Shown one piece after another: positions 1 to 11,574 of a DNA stretch of 64,000 nt. Source of the DNA: Neocallimastix sp. 'constans' (lineage: Eukaryota); contig JBODTK010000105.1 in NCBI GenBank assembly GCA_050613775.1, forward strand, positions 310,001 through 374,000, in the 5' to 3' direction. A program made the position numbers and the translations under genes. The notes beneath the pieces are model-generated. The model had not been told where the DNA came from. It was given only the letters and a program-made list of their open reading frames with translations, and made no database searches. Within the stretch, counting starts at the first letter, position 1, and the number at the start of each line of letters is the position of its first letter.

Positions 1-364
1 ATTAATTTTTTTTATTTTTACTAATAATAAATCTAATAATTTATTATTAAATGGCGACTATATATTATTAACTTTTTTATAAATGTATATAATGATAACT
101 TTTCATAAATTTACAAAATTAGTGATTCCTTATTTAATTAAAATTACTATTTTAAGGATAATTAATATTTATTTTTTTTAATATAATTACCTTAAGACAT
201 AAATTACAATAATTATTGATACCTTGATAAATAAAATTTTAAGTTTATATTTTATATTGAAATTGCAGTATTAATATTTAATATTATAAGAATATTAAAA
301 ATCCAATAAGTAAAGAATTATCAAAATATTAAGTAAATAATGTTTTAATAATCATTCTTTGTCA

Positions 365-862
365 GGATGCCACCTCTTAAACTCAAAATTATACTAGAAT
401 CGAGTTATATTTTACAATATTCTTTAAGTGCACGTTCCTGTTCATTTGAATTCCACTTTCTGGATTTGCGAGAGTTACTGCATCTTGATAACTTTAAAGG
501 GTCCAACAAAGTATGGCTCCAAGGATCAATTTCAATTTATCATATAGTTTTGTTATTTCTATATTGATTACCGTCTACGAAATAAGATTCCCCTTTGAAG
601 GTAACCATCTTCTCATTTAAATATTCCTTAATAGTTCAAGACAATAATTCATCATTGATTTTTGAATATTTCGTTGTAGCCAAAACAACATTATCGTCTG
701 ATTTTAATCTAGATAAGGCATAAGCGATTAAATTTTTTATACCCGGTCCATATTGAATGTCTATACCAAAGGTGCTAACTTTAAGACACCATCATGCCTA
801 TCTAGCATTATTTGGTTCTTTTGAGGTAAAGAAGTCGAACAAGGGTTTATAATCCATGATAG
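365..862 (-). pseudogene. Internally deleted Ty3/gypsy pol 3' remnant (RNase H C-terminus joined to the integrase GPY/F tail); probable 3' LTR runs from 364 toward the window start
   Basis: Minus-strand translation gives DYKPLF...EPNNAR*A*W...IQYGPGIKNLIAYALSRLK, then LEPYFVGPFKVIK. A purine-rich AAGAGGTGG precedes TGACAAAG at 364. Multiple stops. Confidence 0.7.
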
Positions 863-904
863 TTTTATAATTAAATAATTTATTAATTTAAATAAGCTAG
901 CATG

Positions 905-1250
905 TATCCAATCATAAAATATATTAGCATGTATAAATAAACCATGTAATTGAATTGTTAACGTACTAGCGTTACTATAAAAGTAATTTGTTATATCATG
1001 AATATAACATTAAATAAATAAAAATTACTTATTTTAAAAATAAATAAACAAACTTAGTATAAGCCCAGCCAACTATTAATGAATAGAGATTAATAGCGCT
1101 GAGTTATATTCTTTAATTAAATAAAAAATTATTATTTAAAGTTAATATTAGTGTTTCATATAATAACTCGAATAAATAGGTATTAAATTTTCTTAGCTTT
1201 TAGTTATTTGTTATTCGTTATATTAGTTTATATAAAATTTACCTGTTACA
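905..1250 (+). mobile_element. 3' part of an LTR related to the 23942 LTR family
   Basis: Shares blocks with 24159-24430 (ccaatcataaaat, ctagcgtta, taagcccag, actcgaata). Ends in CTGTTACA, the inverse of the family start TGTAACAG. Confidence 0.7.
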
Positions 1251-1254
1251 CTAT

Positions 1255-1805
1255 CTTTAGACTTCGTTATAATTATTTGTATACTTCTCGGGCAAGATTT
1301 CAAGTTTTTATCAAGGTATCCTCCTCTGTCATGACTATTTTTTCATAAATATTACTTCTTTATCTCACCTCATTATCATAGTCCATTACTAAGATAGATA
1401 CTCTATCCTCCGTTACCAATTGGTCGTATAAATCGAGGTATCTTGTATTGAAATCATATATTGTCTCATTTGGTTCAATAACTAATCATTATATTTGTCT
1501 TAATTTATTATAATTTTGATTTTCTCTCCAATACTTCCTTTTTACTAAATCAACAAATTCATCTAATGAAAGAGCTCTATATATTTCTGCTTCCTTTTCT
1601 TTAAACACTCTTACAATATCGTCTACAGCAGAAGAAATAATATATACTAATTTATTAGTATATATTATATCAGTAGTAATATCTTCTCTTTGAAACCAAT
1701 TACTAATTCTAAATCGCATCCCTACAAGATCCACCAATTCTTGGGAGAGTTTCGGTATCAACATCCTAACCACTAAATTCAGTACTACTACTACTAATAC
1801 TCATT
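1255..1805 (-). pseudogene. Retrotransposon gag remnant
   Basis: ORF 1489-1773 continues past its stop as IEPNETIYDFNTRYLDLYDQL, a gag-like Q-x-E-T/S-I-x-D-F-x-x-R motif. An upstream degenerate tRNA-Ala-type PBS lies at 2319-2332. Confidence 0.55.
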
Positions 1806-2339
1806 GTTATTATTAAATATTATTTATAATAAAGCTTATCTATTAAATCTATAGATTCTAAATATTAATATATATATTATTTTATTTTATCTATTTTCTT
1901 TTATTTTTATTTTTATTTTTATTTTTAATTGTTTTTTATAATTTTATTAATAGCTTTCCTCAACTATTCCGTTTATCATAACTAACTGTTATTAATATAT
2001 ATTAGTAAAAAAATTTTATTTTTATATAAAACTCTCATGTATAATTATTATATTTAATATTATTAATATTAATTACTTTTATTTATTTTAATAAATTTAA
2101 AACTTATTCGTTTTTATTTTGGTCTGAATTCCCAGTTGTCTTTAATTATTATATTTAAATAAATTTAACTTTATGCGTTATTACTAATATTATAATAAAT
2201 ACAATTTAATACCAATCAAAATATATTTTTAATGTCTTAAAATGCTTTATTTATTCTTAATTATATTATAATTTTCAAAATAAATTTCCTAAAATAATAT
2301 AACTATACTAGTAAACATCCCGGATATCTCCATTCATTT

Positions 2340-2720
2340 CGATATGTGGGATCTTTATGTGTTATTATTTTTACTTAGTATAATTATATTATTTTTATTT
2401 AATATTATTATTTTCTATCCTAGAAATTAACCAAGTTAACCTCCGTCAAATAATTAAGCGAAGGATCCATATTACTAGGATTATTTTACATACAAACCAA
2501 TAGTTTAATAATAAACTAAATATAAAATAAAAGTATATAAATAATATATCTAATAATATCAACTTTATACTTAATTATATTATAATATAATAAATTATAA
2601 CTATTTATTATATCATAATATATATAAGAATTATGCATTTTTAGTATATACTTTAACTTTAAGATAAATAAGAATATTTAACTAATATATAATACTTTTA
2701 GTTAAGTGGAAGACATTAAT
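2340..2720 (-). mobile_element. Partial LTR (TGATATGCGGGAC family) with adjacent degenerate PBS at 2319-2332
   Basis: Starts cGATATGTGGGATCTTTATGTG and is similar along its length to the solo LTR 14683-15383. CCCGGATATCTCCA lies just inside it. Confidence 0.6.
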
Positions 2721-2760
2721 ACAGCCTTTGAATTATGGGATTATTTAAAGGCTTATTACT

Positions 2761-3130
2761 GTGAAACTGAAGAAACTATTACTACTTAGTAGAGAAATTC
2801 CAACTGAAAAATCTACTACTCTTAATGGAGAAATTCCAATTCCATCGGAAGAAACTACTACTCTTAACAGAGAAATTCCATCTGAAAAAACTACTACTAC
2901 TATTACAAAAGCCACTGATACTAATGAAGAGGAATATGAAGAAAAAAAAAGAAAGAAGAAGAAAATGAAACAATCACTATTAATAGAGATGTTCCAACTA
3001 AAGAAACTAATATTACAACTGCAGATATCATTGCTACTAATGATTAATCAATTTTTATTTTGGAAAATACTAAATATACTATGATAAACAAAGACGAAAA
3101 TAATTTATTAATTAGCAATAGTTTAATAGA
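2761..3130 (+). pseudogene. Thr/Glu-rich low-complexity coding remnant with imperfect ETTTLNREIP(S/T)E repeats
   Basis: 3-4 imperfect repeats of actactcttaa..gagaaattcca, with frameshifts. Confidence 0.4.
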
Positions 3131-3626
3131 ACCTGCTGTTGATATTCAGATGCAAGTTTTAGACCAAAGGATAATGATGATAATGTAAAATCAACCAATA
3201 GACAAAAAATATACATAAGATGTGCTCCTGTTTATTGGAAACCAAAAAAGACAAAAATCCACAGCTAAAAACACAACTGAAACAGAATTTAATACAACCG
3301 CTGACTTTATTAAAAAAAATTATAAAATTAAACAATTTAAAAAAGGAAATAGAAGATTCCATATTTGTAATGGATTATTTAAAGAAAGAGTTTATTAATA
3401 TTTTGCATATTAATTCTAATGATATACTTGAGAATATCTTAACAAAGAAAATTAGTATAAAATTTTTCTATTACTTTATTGATAACACCTCTAATTATTA
3501 ATTTTTATTCTTAATTATATTTTGATTAAAGAAATTTTATTTTGAGTGAATTGTTAGATTTTCAAATTAAATTCCTTTCATCAAAATTACAAAAATAAAT
3601 TTTTTCGTACGAAATGGATGAAATTA

Positions 3627-4389
3627 TAGTTATATATTATAAATTTTTATTTAATATTAATTAAATCAAATATTATTAATTTAGTTTAATCTTTTATAAT
3701 AAAAAAGAGGCCTTTCCAATAAAATCAAATTAGGATTAAATTAGGTAAAAAAAATACAATAATACTGTAAAGATTTAACAAATCTTTAATACATTAAATA
3801 GTTTAATTTTTCGTATAATTAATTTATTTAATGTATATTTTTTTTAAATATAATATTTATTGAAATAAAATTTAATTATTTTTTTAAATTGAAAATATTT
3901 TTTTAATTTAATTAATTAGTTTAGTTTGCCTAGTTTAATTTTAAATAGTTAAATATTAATTTATGAATAATCATAAATAGTTAATATTAATAAAAATAGT
4001 TTTTCAATATTAAATATATAATTAAAATTATTAGAAGTATTAAAATAATAAATAAAATAAATAATTTAATAAATTAATTTTAGTTTTAGTAAATTAATAA
4101 ATAATAAAATTATTAAAAATCTTTTGTTTATAAATAAATAGCTTTATATATATTAAATAACATCATATATTAATAATGTAATAAAAAAATATAAATACAT
4201 GTAATTTTTCTCAATTAAATCGATGTATTAGTTATTAACTATTTTACAGTTAATAACATAAAAGAAAGTTATAATTAATACAAGAATCTATTAATAAAAG
4301 AATTTACTTATTTTTATTTGTTTAAATTGTGTAGTGTTTTTTATTATTATAATCTGTTTTTATTGACAGATTGATTACAAATACTAATA
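3627..4389 (+). repeat. Left inverted repeat of the Rep-bearing element (3627-3765 plus 4385-4389), split by a solo LTR
   Basis: Matches the reverse complement of 7753-7899 (atattaattaaatcaaatatta, tttaatcttttataataaaa..aggccttt.caataaa, aaaaaaaataca.taatact.ata). The match continues across the LTR insertion point. Confidence 0.75.
3766..4379 (+). mobile_element. Solo LTR (same family as the LTRs at 33677 and 39889)
   Basis: TGTAAAG...GATTACA termini, 5-bp TSD AATAC (3761-3765 / 4380-4384), highly similar to 33677-34341. Confidence 0.95.
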
Positions 4390-4892
4390 TTGAAATAATA
4401 AAAAAATTATTGTATATAAAAAGAAAAAAAATAAAGATTTAAAAAGAAAAAAAAGATTTAAAAAAATTTTTTAGGAAGAATTTTTTTTTAATAAAAAAAA
4501 GAAGTTATTTGGAAGGAGTCTAGACACATATACTGATCTATAATTTGTGTAATATGAGAATTTTTAGTGTAATATTAAATGTTTTAATCACAAAGGTGTG
4601 TCATTATATTAAATTTGGTGTTATATTAAATGTTTCATGTATTAATATTGACTCAGAACAATATAATGTTGATTTACGGGATATACAGAATATATACTTA
4701 ATCGTGGTTTATATATGTTTAATATATACGGTAATACATTGGAATATATCGTGTAATATATATTATTATATGTACGCATATATGAAGGAATGCTTGTTGT
4801 ACATATATTACTTTATACTTTGGTCTGGTGTCGACCAATACCTTGCATGTCTCTATTTTTTGACTTCGTGTTTTCAAAGAAATAGTGCAGGG

Positions 4893-4934
4893 TCAAACTA
4901 TTTCCGTAATACTAGGGTATCGGAAACAGTTTGA
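4893..4934 (-). promoter_or_regulatory. Rolling-circle replication origin: stem-loop with nonanucleotide TAGTATTAC
   Basis: Minus strand reads TCAAACTGTTTCCG-ATACCCTAGTATTA-CGGAAATAGTTTGA, a 14-bp stem with one G:T pair. TAGTATTAC is at 4914-4906, about 200 bp upstream of rep. Confidence 0.88.
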
Positions 4935-5137
4935 ATCAATTCATTTGAATATACTGTAATATATTGTCAATTTAATTTGTGTAAAAACTTTTTGAACTAT
5001 TTATCAACTCTACTTATTATAAAAAATAGTTATTTTTTTTATAAAAGGATCAAAAAAATCTTTAATTTTTAACTCACATCTTTATTTTTTTAAATAACTA
5101 AAAGATAAATAAAATCTTATTATTAAACAAAAAAAAA

Positions 5138-6610
5138 ATGGCCGCTTCTCGTTATTTCGCTTTCACTCTTTCTAACTACTCTGATGAACAAGAAAGAATC
5201 ATTCAAAATTATGCTATGGAAAATTCGAATGTCATGCATCTATTTTACGGTCACGAAAAAGCTCCTACAACAGGAACTCCACATCTTCAGGGATGCCTTT
5301 GTTTAAGAAAAAAATGCAGGCCGACTACTATTAAAAATTTACTGAACATTGAAGAACTTCATATTGAACCATGTAAAAAGGTATATGAAGCTAATTTAAA
5401 CTATTGTAAAAAATGTGGTGATATATGGCAGTTTCTATCTGAGTTTATTAGAGAAAATCTAAGGAATGATAAACAAAACTTATCGTCAAGCTGTGGAATT
5501 AGCAAAGAAAGGTAGATTTTCTGATATTGATCTTGAAAAAATGTTGAAATATGATAATATAATTAAAAACTATATGTGGAAAATTTGGAAACTGATAATC
5601 TCTATTTAACTAACGAAAAAGGTGATTTCTTCAAAGAATTTAATTTATTTATACACGGAAAAACTGGTACAGAAAAAAGTTTCAGAATATACGAGATTGT
5701 TTATGTTTTAAACGAATTTTGGAAACTTTACTGTAAACTCAGAGATAGAGAACATAAATCTTTAAGAGTTTATAAAAAATCTCGCAATAAGTGGTGGGAT
5801 GACTACATGGGTCAAGAAATTGTAGTTATCGAAGAATTGGTGTCAATTAGCTGCTTCGAATTTAAAGACCTGGTCTGACCAATATGTTTTTCCAGGTGAA
5901 GTAAAGGGTGCTAATATTGAAAAGATTAGACCTCGTTTTTGGATTCTAACATCTAATTACAACTTAAAACAGCTTTTTACAAATAAAGATGGGCAATTAA
6001 TTTGAGGATTATGAACCAATTAACAGGAGACTTTATTCAATACACCTTAATTCAATACACGATGATATAAACAGGCCAAATTTAGATAGATTAGCGCTAT
6101 ATTACGATACAATAAAATATATAAAAACAAAAAATTTTTAATAATTTTATCCAAACATTCAATAAAAGAAAAATTCAATTTGATAATTATGAGTTAAATA
6201 AAAAACAGAAAATTATTCAGGAGTGCTTCTCTGAATCACAAATCGAAGAAATTCAATCCAACGTTCTTGAATTCAACAACAATGCAACTGAAGAACCGGA
6301 ATCCGAAGAATCAGCTACCAGTCCAGTTCAACCAGAAGAAGAAGAAATCAATGAAGATGAAAAAGAGGAACTCTTAATAAAGGCCTCTTTTACTGAAGAA
6401 GAACAACAAAACTACTTTGAAGAATGGTATGAAAATACCAATTACGAAGATCAAAACGATCCAACAATAAAGGATTTAAGGGATAAATATCCTACTTTTG
6501 ATTATTTAAAACAAATTTTAAAAAATAAATATAGATTGAATAATTTAAATACAATTATTAAAAAAAGAAATAATAAAGGAAAGGAACCTGATAATAGTTC
6601 AACATTATAA
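5138..6610 (+). pseudogene. rep: CRESS-DNA-virus-like Rep (HUH endonuclease plus SF3 helicase), frameshifted, with acidic C-terminal extension
   Basis: RCR motif I FAFTLSN, motif II PHLQG, motif III YCKK. Linker YRQAVELAKKGRFSDID in a shifted frame. Walker A GKTGTEKS, KWWDDY, Walker B VVIEE, KTWSDQYVFPGEVKG, motif C ILTSN, Arg finger PINRR. A Glu-rich open frame ends at TAA 6610. Several frameshifts. Confidence 0.93.
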
Positions 6611-6821
6611 AAATTAGTTTTATTTTTTTTTATTTTTATTAAATAAATGTATTAATAAGTTTTTAATCTTGTAATTTTTAAATAAAATTAATAAAGTTTT
6701 ATAAAATTTGTAATATCTAGTTTTGTAAATATAACGAAGGGAAGTTATATTTATGAAGTGTATTTTAATAAATAAAAATTAAACAAAAGAAAAATTCTTT
6801 ATTTTAGTGTTTATTAAATTT

Positions 6822-7269
6822 GGGAGAGTTTCATTTCGCCAAGTGGCGTATTATTATAATGTTGCATTTCTCTAAGTTTCAATTCCCCAGGTTGCATTTC
6901 GACAAGTGGCTGTTGATATGAATAAATGAATGAATAAATAAATAAAATTTCAAAATAATTTTTTTTAAACTTGTTTTTATTATATTTAATAATTAATTAA
7001 AGATACTTTTTAATATTTTGTAAAATAGCAATAAATAATTATTTATTTTATTAAATTATAAAAATATATTTAATTATAAAGATATATTTTAATATTTTGT
7101 AAATTTTTTTAATATTTAAGAATTTACTTTAAAATTATAAATACATTAATAATATTTAATTTTTTATTTATTGATTTATTTATTTAATAATTTTCAATTT
7201 GGCGAAATGAAACATTTTTAATAATACGCTACATGCTTTCAAAAAAAATGGCCAAAATACACCACTCCC
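6822..7269. mobile_element. Non-autonomous MULE (Mutator-like) MITE
   Basis: GGGAG...CTCCC ends, imperfect TIRs with repeated CATTTCGCCAA-like motifs, and a perfect 9-bp TSD ATTAAATTT (6813-6821 / 7270-7278). Confidence 0.9.
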
Positions 7270-7313
7270 ATTAAATTTATTATTTTAAATAATAATAAAT
7301 TTTGTATTAAATT

Positions 7314-7541
7314 TTATATTAAAAAGTTTTCATTAAAAAAAACTTTTGTAAATTGAATTTCAATATACCAAGTCTTTTTACCTAAGTATCTGTATATGAT
7401 TTTTCTGGCTCTAGAGTCATCTTTTTCAGAGATAGCTTTACCATATAAGATATTTCCTCCTGTTTTCTCAGTAGTATTATCATTCAAAACGATGGTATGA
7501 TCGAGATTAACATCCTTTAATCTTCCTAATAATTCCTCCAT
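7314..7541 (-). CDS. Small hypothetical ORF (75 aa) convergent with rep, inside the inverted repeats; may be a gene remnant
   Basis: ATG-initiated ORF with protein-like composition in a locally less AT-rich patch. No recognisable motif. Confidence 0.35.
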   Translation of the reverse strand: MEELLGRLKDVNLDHTIVLNDNTTEKTGGNILYGKAISEKDDSRARKIIYRYLGKKTWYIEIQFTKVFFNENFLI

Positions 7542-7752
7542 ATTTTATAGTTTCTTTCATTAAGAATTATTCTCTCTATTTTGTTTTGTAATAAAATAAC
7601 ACACTTCTTTGATTTTGTTTATCTTATTATAATGAAAACTTTAATATAAAATTTAATAAAAAATTTATTATTATTTAAAATAATAAATTTAATTATACTA
7701 AAATAAAAATTTTTCTTTTGCTTACTTTTTATTTATTAAAATGAACTTTTTT

Positions 7753-7899
7753 GTATCAGTATTAATGTATTTTTTTTTAATAAAATTTTCATTTATTGAA
7801 AAGGCCTTCTTTTTATTATAAAAGATTAAATTAAATTAATTTAATATAATATAATATTTGATTTAATTAATATCAAATAAAATTTTATAATAAGTAACT
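7753..7899 (-). repeat. Right inverted repeat of the Rep-bearing element; outer end abuts a copia LTR
   Basis: Reverse complement aligns with 3627-3765 plus 4385-4389. Confidence 0.75.
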
Positions 7900-7910
7900 T
7901 TATTAATTAT

Positions 7911-8081
7911 TGTTTTAAGATAGATAATGAACACATAAGAACTAATGTGCAATAAATTTTCTTTACATGATATTTATGGACATATAAATATGACTTAGAC
8001 CACATGACACATTATTGTAACCTGACATGTAATATATAAATATATATACTAATGTATACTAATAATCCATGTAAGTTAACA

Positions 8082-8123
<42 letters not shown>

Positions 8124-9760
8124 GTTGTTGTTGTTGTTGTTATGTATATATTTAATTTTATTTATTTATTTATTAATATATTTAATATAAACAAGTCTGA
8201 GATTAAAATAAAAATAATCAGGTGAAATATATATACTAAATTTAATCAAATGATTTCGTGATTTACATAAAAATAAAAAATAAGTTATTTACATGAAAGA
8301 ATGATATTAACATAAATAATGTTAATCATACATAAAATAATAATTATATAAAAAATGAAATATAAATTAATATATTAAAATTTATTAATATTATAACACT
8401 CCCCCTCAAATGTAATTTTTAGTTATTAAAAATTATATTTGCGAAGGATTTAATTTTGTCTCCATTAGTGATTTTTGTTAAAATATCTGCTAAGTTTTCA
8501 GAGCTTTCAATGTGTTTTAATTCAACTATTTTCTTCTTAATGTTGTCTACATTAAAGTGATATTTAATTGATATATATTTTAATTTAGGATTTAAATCAC
8601 CATTTTCCATAGAAATTTTACATGCATTATTATCAATAAAAATAGTTATTGGTTTATTAAATCCTATTAATTCAAAAGGAATATTCTTGATCCATAATAA
8701 TTTCTTGATGCATTGTGAAGCATTAATATATTCTGCTTCAGCGGTTGAGGTAGCAATTATAGTCTGTTTTTTAGACATCCAAGAGATTGGATTATTTCCT
8801 AAAAGAATAATATGTCCAGAATTCGATTTTCTGTCTTTAATGTCTCCAGCAAAATTCGAATCAGTATAAGCAACTATGTTTCCTTGACCATCATAAGTTA
8901 TCTTGTAATCTATAGTGCTGTTTAAATATTTCAAGATGTTTTTTACTTTTCTCCAATCGGTCATTGTAGGATTTTCCGAATTTCTGGCGGCTTTGTGTAC
9001 GGCAAAAGAGATATCCGATCTGGTTGCTTTGGATAAGAATATTAGCATACCAATAGCGCTTTTATATGTTGTTTTATCATATGGATCATTATTCTCAGAA
9101 ATAATATTATCTCCAACGCATGGAGTTGTAACTTTTTTCATATTATTAATATTGAATTTATTTAAAATGATGTTAATAAAATGTTTTTGAGAAATTGAAT
9201 AATTGAGAAATTGAATAATTGTTCTATTAAAAATTCAGATATTGTCAGATACCATTGGCGTCCTGACTGTTTTAATCCGTAAAGTGCCTTTCTAAGTTTC
9301 CAGTATCCCTTCCCAAAGTTAGCATCTCCAGGCGGAATAGTTGTATAAATTTCTGTGTCAATTTTAGCATTAAGGTAGGCAGCTTTAACATCAAGTTGGA
9401 AAATATGCCATTTGAATTTTGAAGCAATGGCAATCATCAATTTTAGATCATCGATATTTAGAGTAGGGGCAGAGGTCTGAAAGAAGTCCACACAAAATAA
9501 TTGTCGGAATCCTTGTGCAACAATACGTGCTTAGTGTTTAATAACAACACCAGCACTATTAATTTTATTTGTGCATATCCAAATTAAAGGTAAAATTCTT
9601 TTGCCTTTTGGGACATGTTTAACAAATATCATTATTATCATAAAAGTTGCGCAATTCATCATCCATGGCTTGTTCCCATAATAAATGGTCTTTGCAATTG
9701 ATTGCTTGAATATAATTGCTTGGGACCATGTTTTGAATTTAAGCAATAATTTTGTTGTTA
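7911..9760 (-). mobile_element. Ty1/copia 3' fragment: RT-RNase H remnant, PPT and 3' LTR (7911-8398)
   Basis: QLDVKAAYLN, KALYGLKQSGRQW, AYTDSNFA..DRKS, STAEAEY, ENLADILTK. PPT GAGGGGGAG is followed by TGTTATAA at 8398. The other terminus TGTTTTAA is at 7911. Confidence 0.9.
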
Positions 9761-10079
9761 AAATCTGTTCTACGATATTTTTTAAATTTTATAAAAAATA
9801 CTGGATTTTCTTTTCTTTTTAAAATATTTAAATTTAAATTATGATTGATAAAATTATTATTTTTATTATTTAATGATGTTCTTTCATTATAATTATTTTT
9901 AATTTAATTATTTTTATTTAAAATTTTTAAATTATTGCTTTTTGATAAATTTGGTAAATTCATTCTATAGGTCCAATAATTAAATTTATGTTATTATTAT
10001 TATTATTATTATTATTATAATTATTGTTATTATTATTATTATTATTATTATAATTATTATTATTATTATTTAGTAGAAT

Positions 10080-11017
10080 ACATCTACATGGACAATTGTA
10101 TTTCTTATGACCTTCTTCGTTACAAAAATAGCACATTTGTACTCTTTATTTACCTTTATTTCAATCATTATTCAAATTATTATTTTTGAAATTATTATCA
10201 CCTGATTCATGAGTGACTGATTTATTATTAAAATTTTTGATATTATGCAAGTTAAATTTTTGGTTAAAAGAAGAATTTCCATTAGAGTTACTAGTTCTTT
10301 TTCCACATTCATTTTCAATTTCATCAATTAATTCAGCTGTAGAAAAAGCTTTTGCTAGACTAATTCTTTTTCCCGCCAGTTTAACCCCTTTCCACGCTTC
10401 TTTCTTGTTAAAAATTGACTTCAAATAATCAGAAACAGAAATGCATCTACGATCATCTTCATCGAGTTTATTATATAATTCTTTATATTCTTTATTAAAT
10501 TCCTTTATATTTCCTCTAGTAGATATTGTCATATTTTAAGTTTGTCAATAATATCTTCTGGATCCATATAAGTCATGAAATTCTAGAAGAGCATCATGTA
10601 TTTCTTCTAAAGATGGATAAACAATGCTATTATTCACATCTTTAGTTACTAATGCAAAGACAATGGATACTTTTACCAATCACTTTAAATTTGCAATTAT
10701 TAAAAATTTCTTTTTCATCAGTAATTTGGTAAAGAGTGATCCAAGCCTTCATTTGATTATACCAAGCATCAACATCCTTATTTGTATCTGAAAGGACTTG
10801 AATGCATTGGAATTGCGTTAGTTTATTTTGGTTCTTAATTAATTCTTCAGTCATTTTTTTAACTCTAATTCTATTTTCTAATTGACTGAAAAATTCTTTA
10901 ATCGAAAATAATTTTTTTTTTATTTTATATTTTATTTTATTTTATTTTATTTAAGAAAAATAATATTAAAATTTAATAAATATATTTTTCCTCCCACAAG
11001 AGCCGATATCTCCACCA
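10080..11017 (-). pseudogene. gag remnant with CCHC zinc knuckle and tRNA-Ala-type PBS (11003-11017); its 5' LTR lies to the right from 11020
   Basis: ORFs 10642-10854 and 10161-10532. CYFCNEEGHKKYNC at about 10090-10135. TGGTGGAGATATCGG begins 2 nt after the LTR-terminal CA on the minus strand. Confidence 0.75.
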
Positions 11018-11574
11018 AATGATATACAACTCAAAAGTTCGATGTACTTTTGTTGGGATTTATTTATTAAATTTATTATTTATTTATTTATTTATTTAAT
11101 TTTATTTAAAAACTACATATATTTAAAAAGGCTATTTAACAACTTTCTTATACTGTTAATTACAAAGTAACTTAACATCACTAAACACTACATAACTTTT
11201 ATTTTCAGTTAACACAGCAACAACTTCACGACACTTCTCTTAATTCTAAGAAATGCTTTATTTTTATGTTATTTAGTTATAATTAACTATTTAATTAATT
11301 GTTCTTGTGATTAGAATAAACTATTTATAATTATTATTTAAGGAAATATTTAAAAAACTATATAAATATAAATATAAAATAATAAGAATAATAAAAACAT
11401 TGATTTATGCTATAAAATTTATTATTAATTATAAATATAATTAATATATAGAAATCAAGCCACATATTAAAGTTTTTGTAAAATCATTAGATTTAAATTT
11501 GATTTATGACATTAATTTATGTTTGAATAATAAAAACTAATTTGATATTAATTAAGGTTTGAATATTTCATTTT

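Noticed and set aside
4545..4934. 129-aa ORF as a capsid or accessory gene
   Set aside because: Non-ATG start, Tyr/Ile/Cys-biased composition typical of AT-rich non-coding DNA, no Arg-rich N-terminus, and it overlaps the origin.
5138..6610. Helitron or Replitron assignment
   Set aside because: The helicase motifs are SF3 rather than Pif1/SF1, a helicase is present, and there is a CRESS-type nonanucleotide origin.
8687..9190. Antisense ORFs over retroelement genes (also at 10213, 19863, 20063, 21545, 35763, 43482 and others)
   Set aside because: Shadow ORFs opposite recognisable gag/pol frames.
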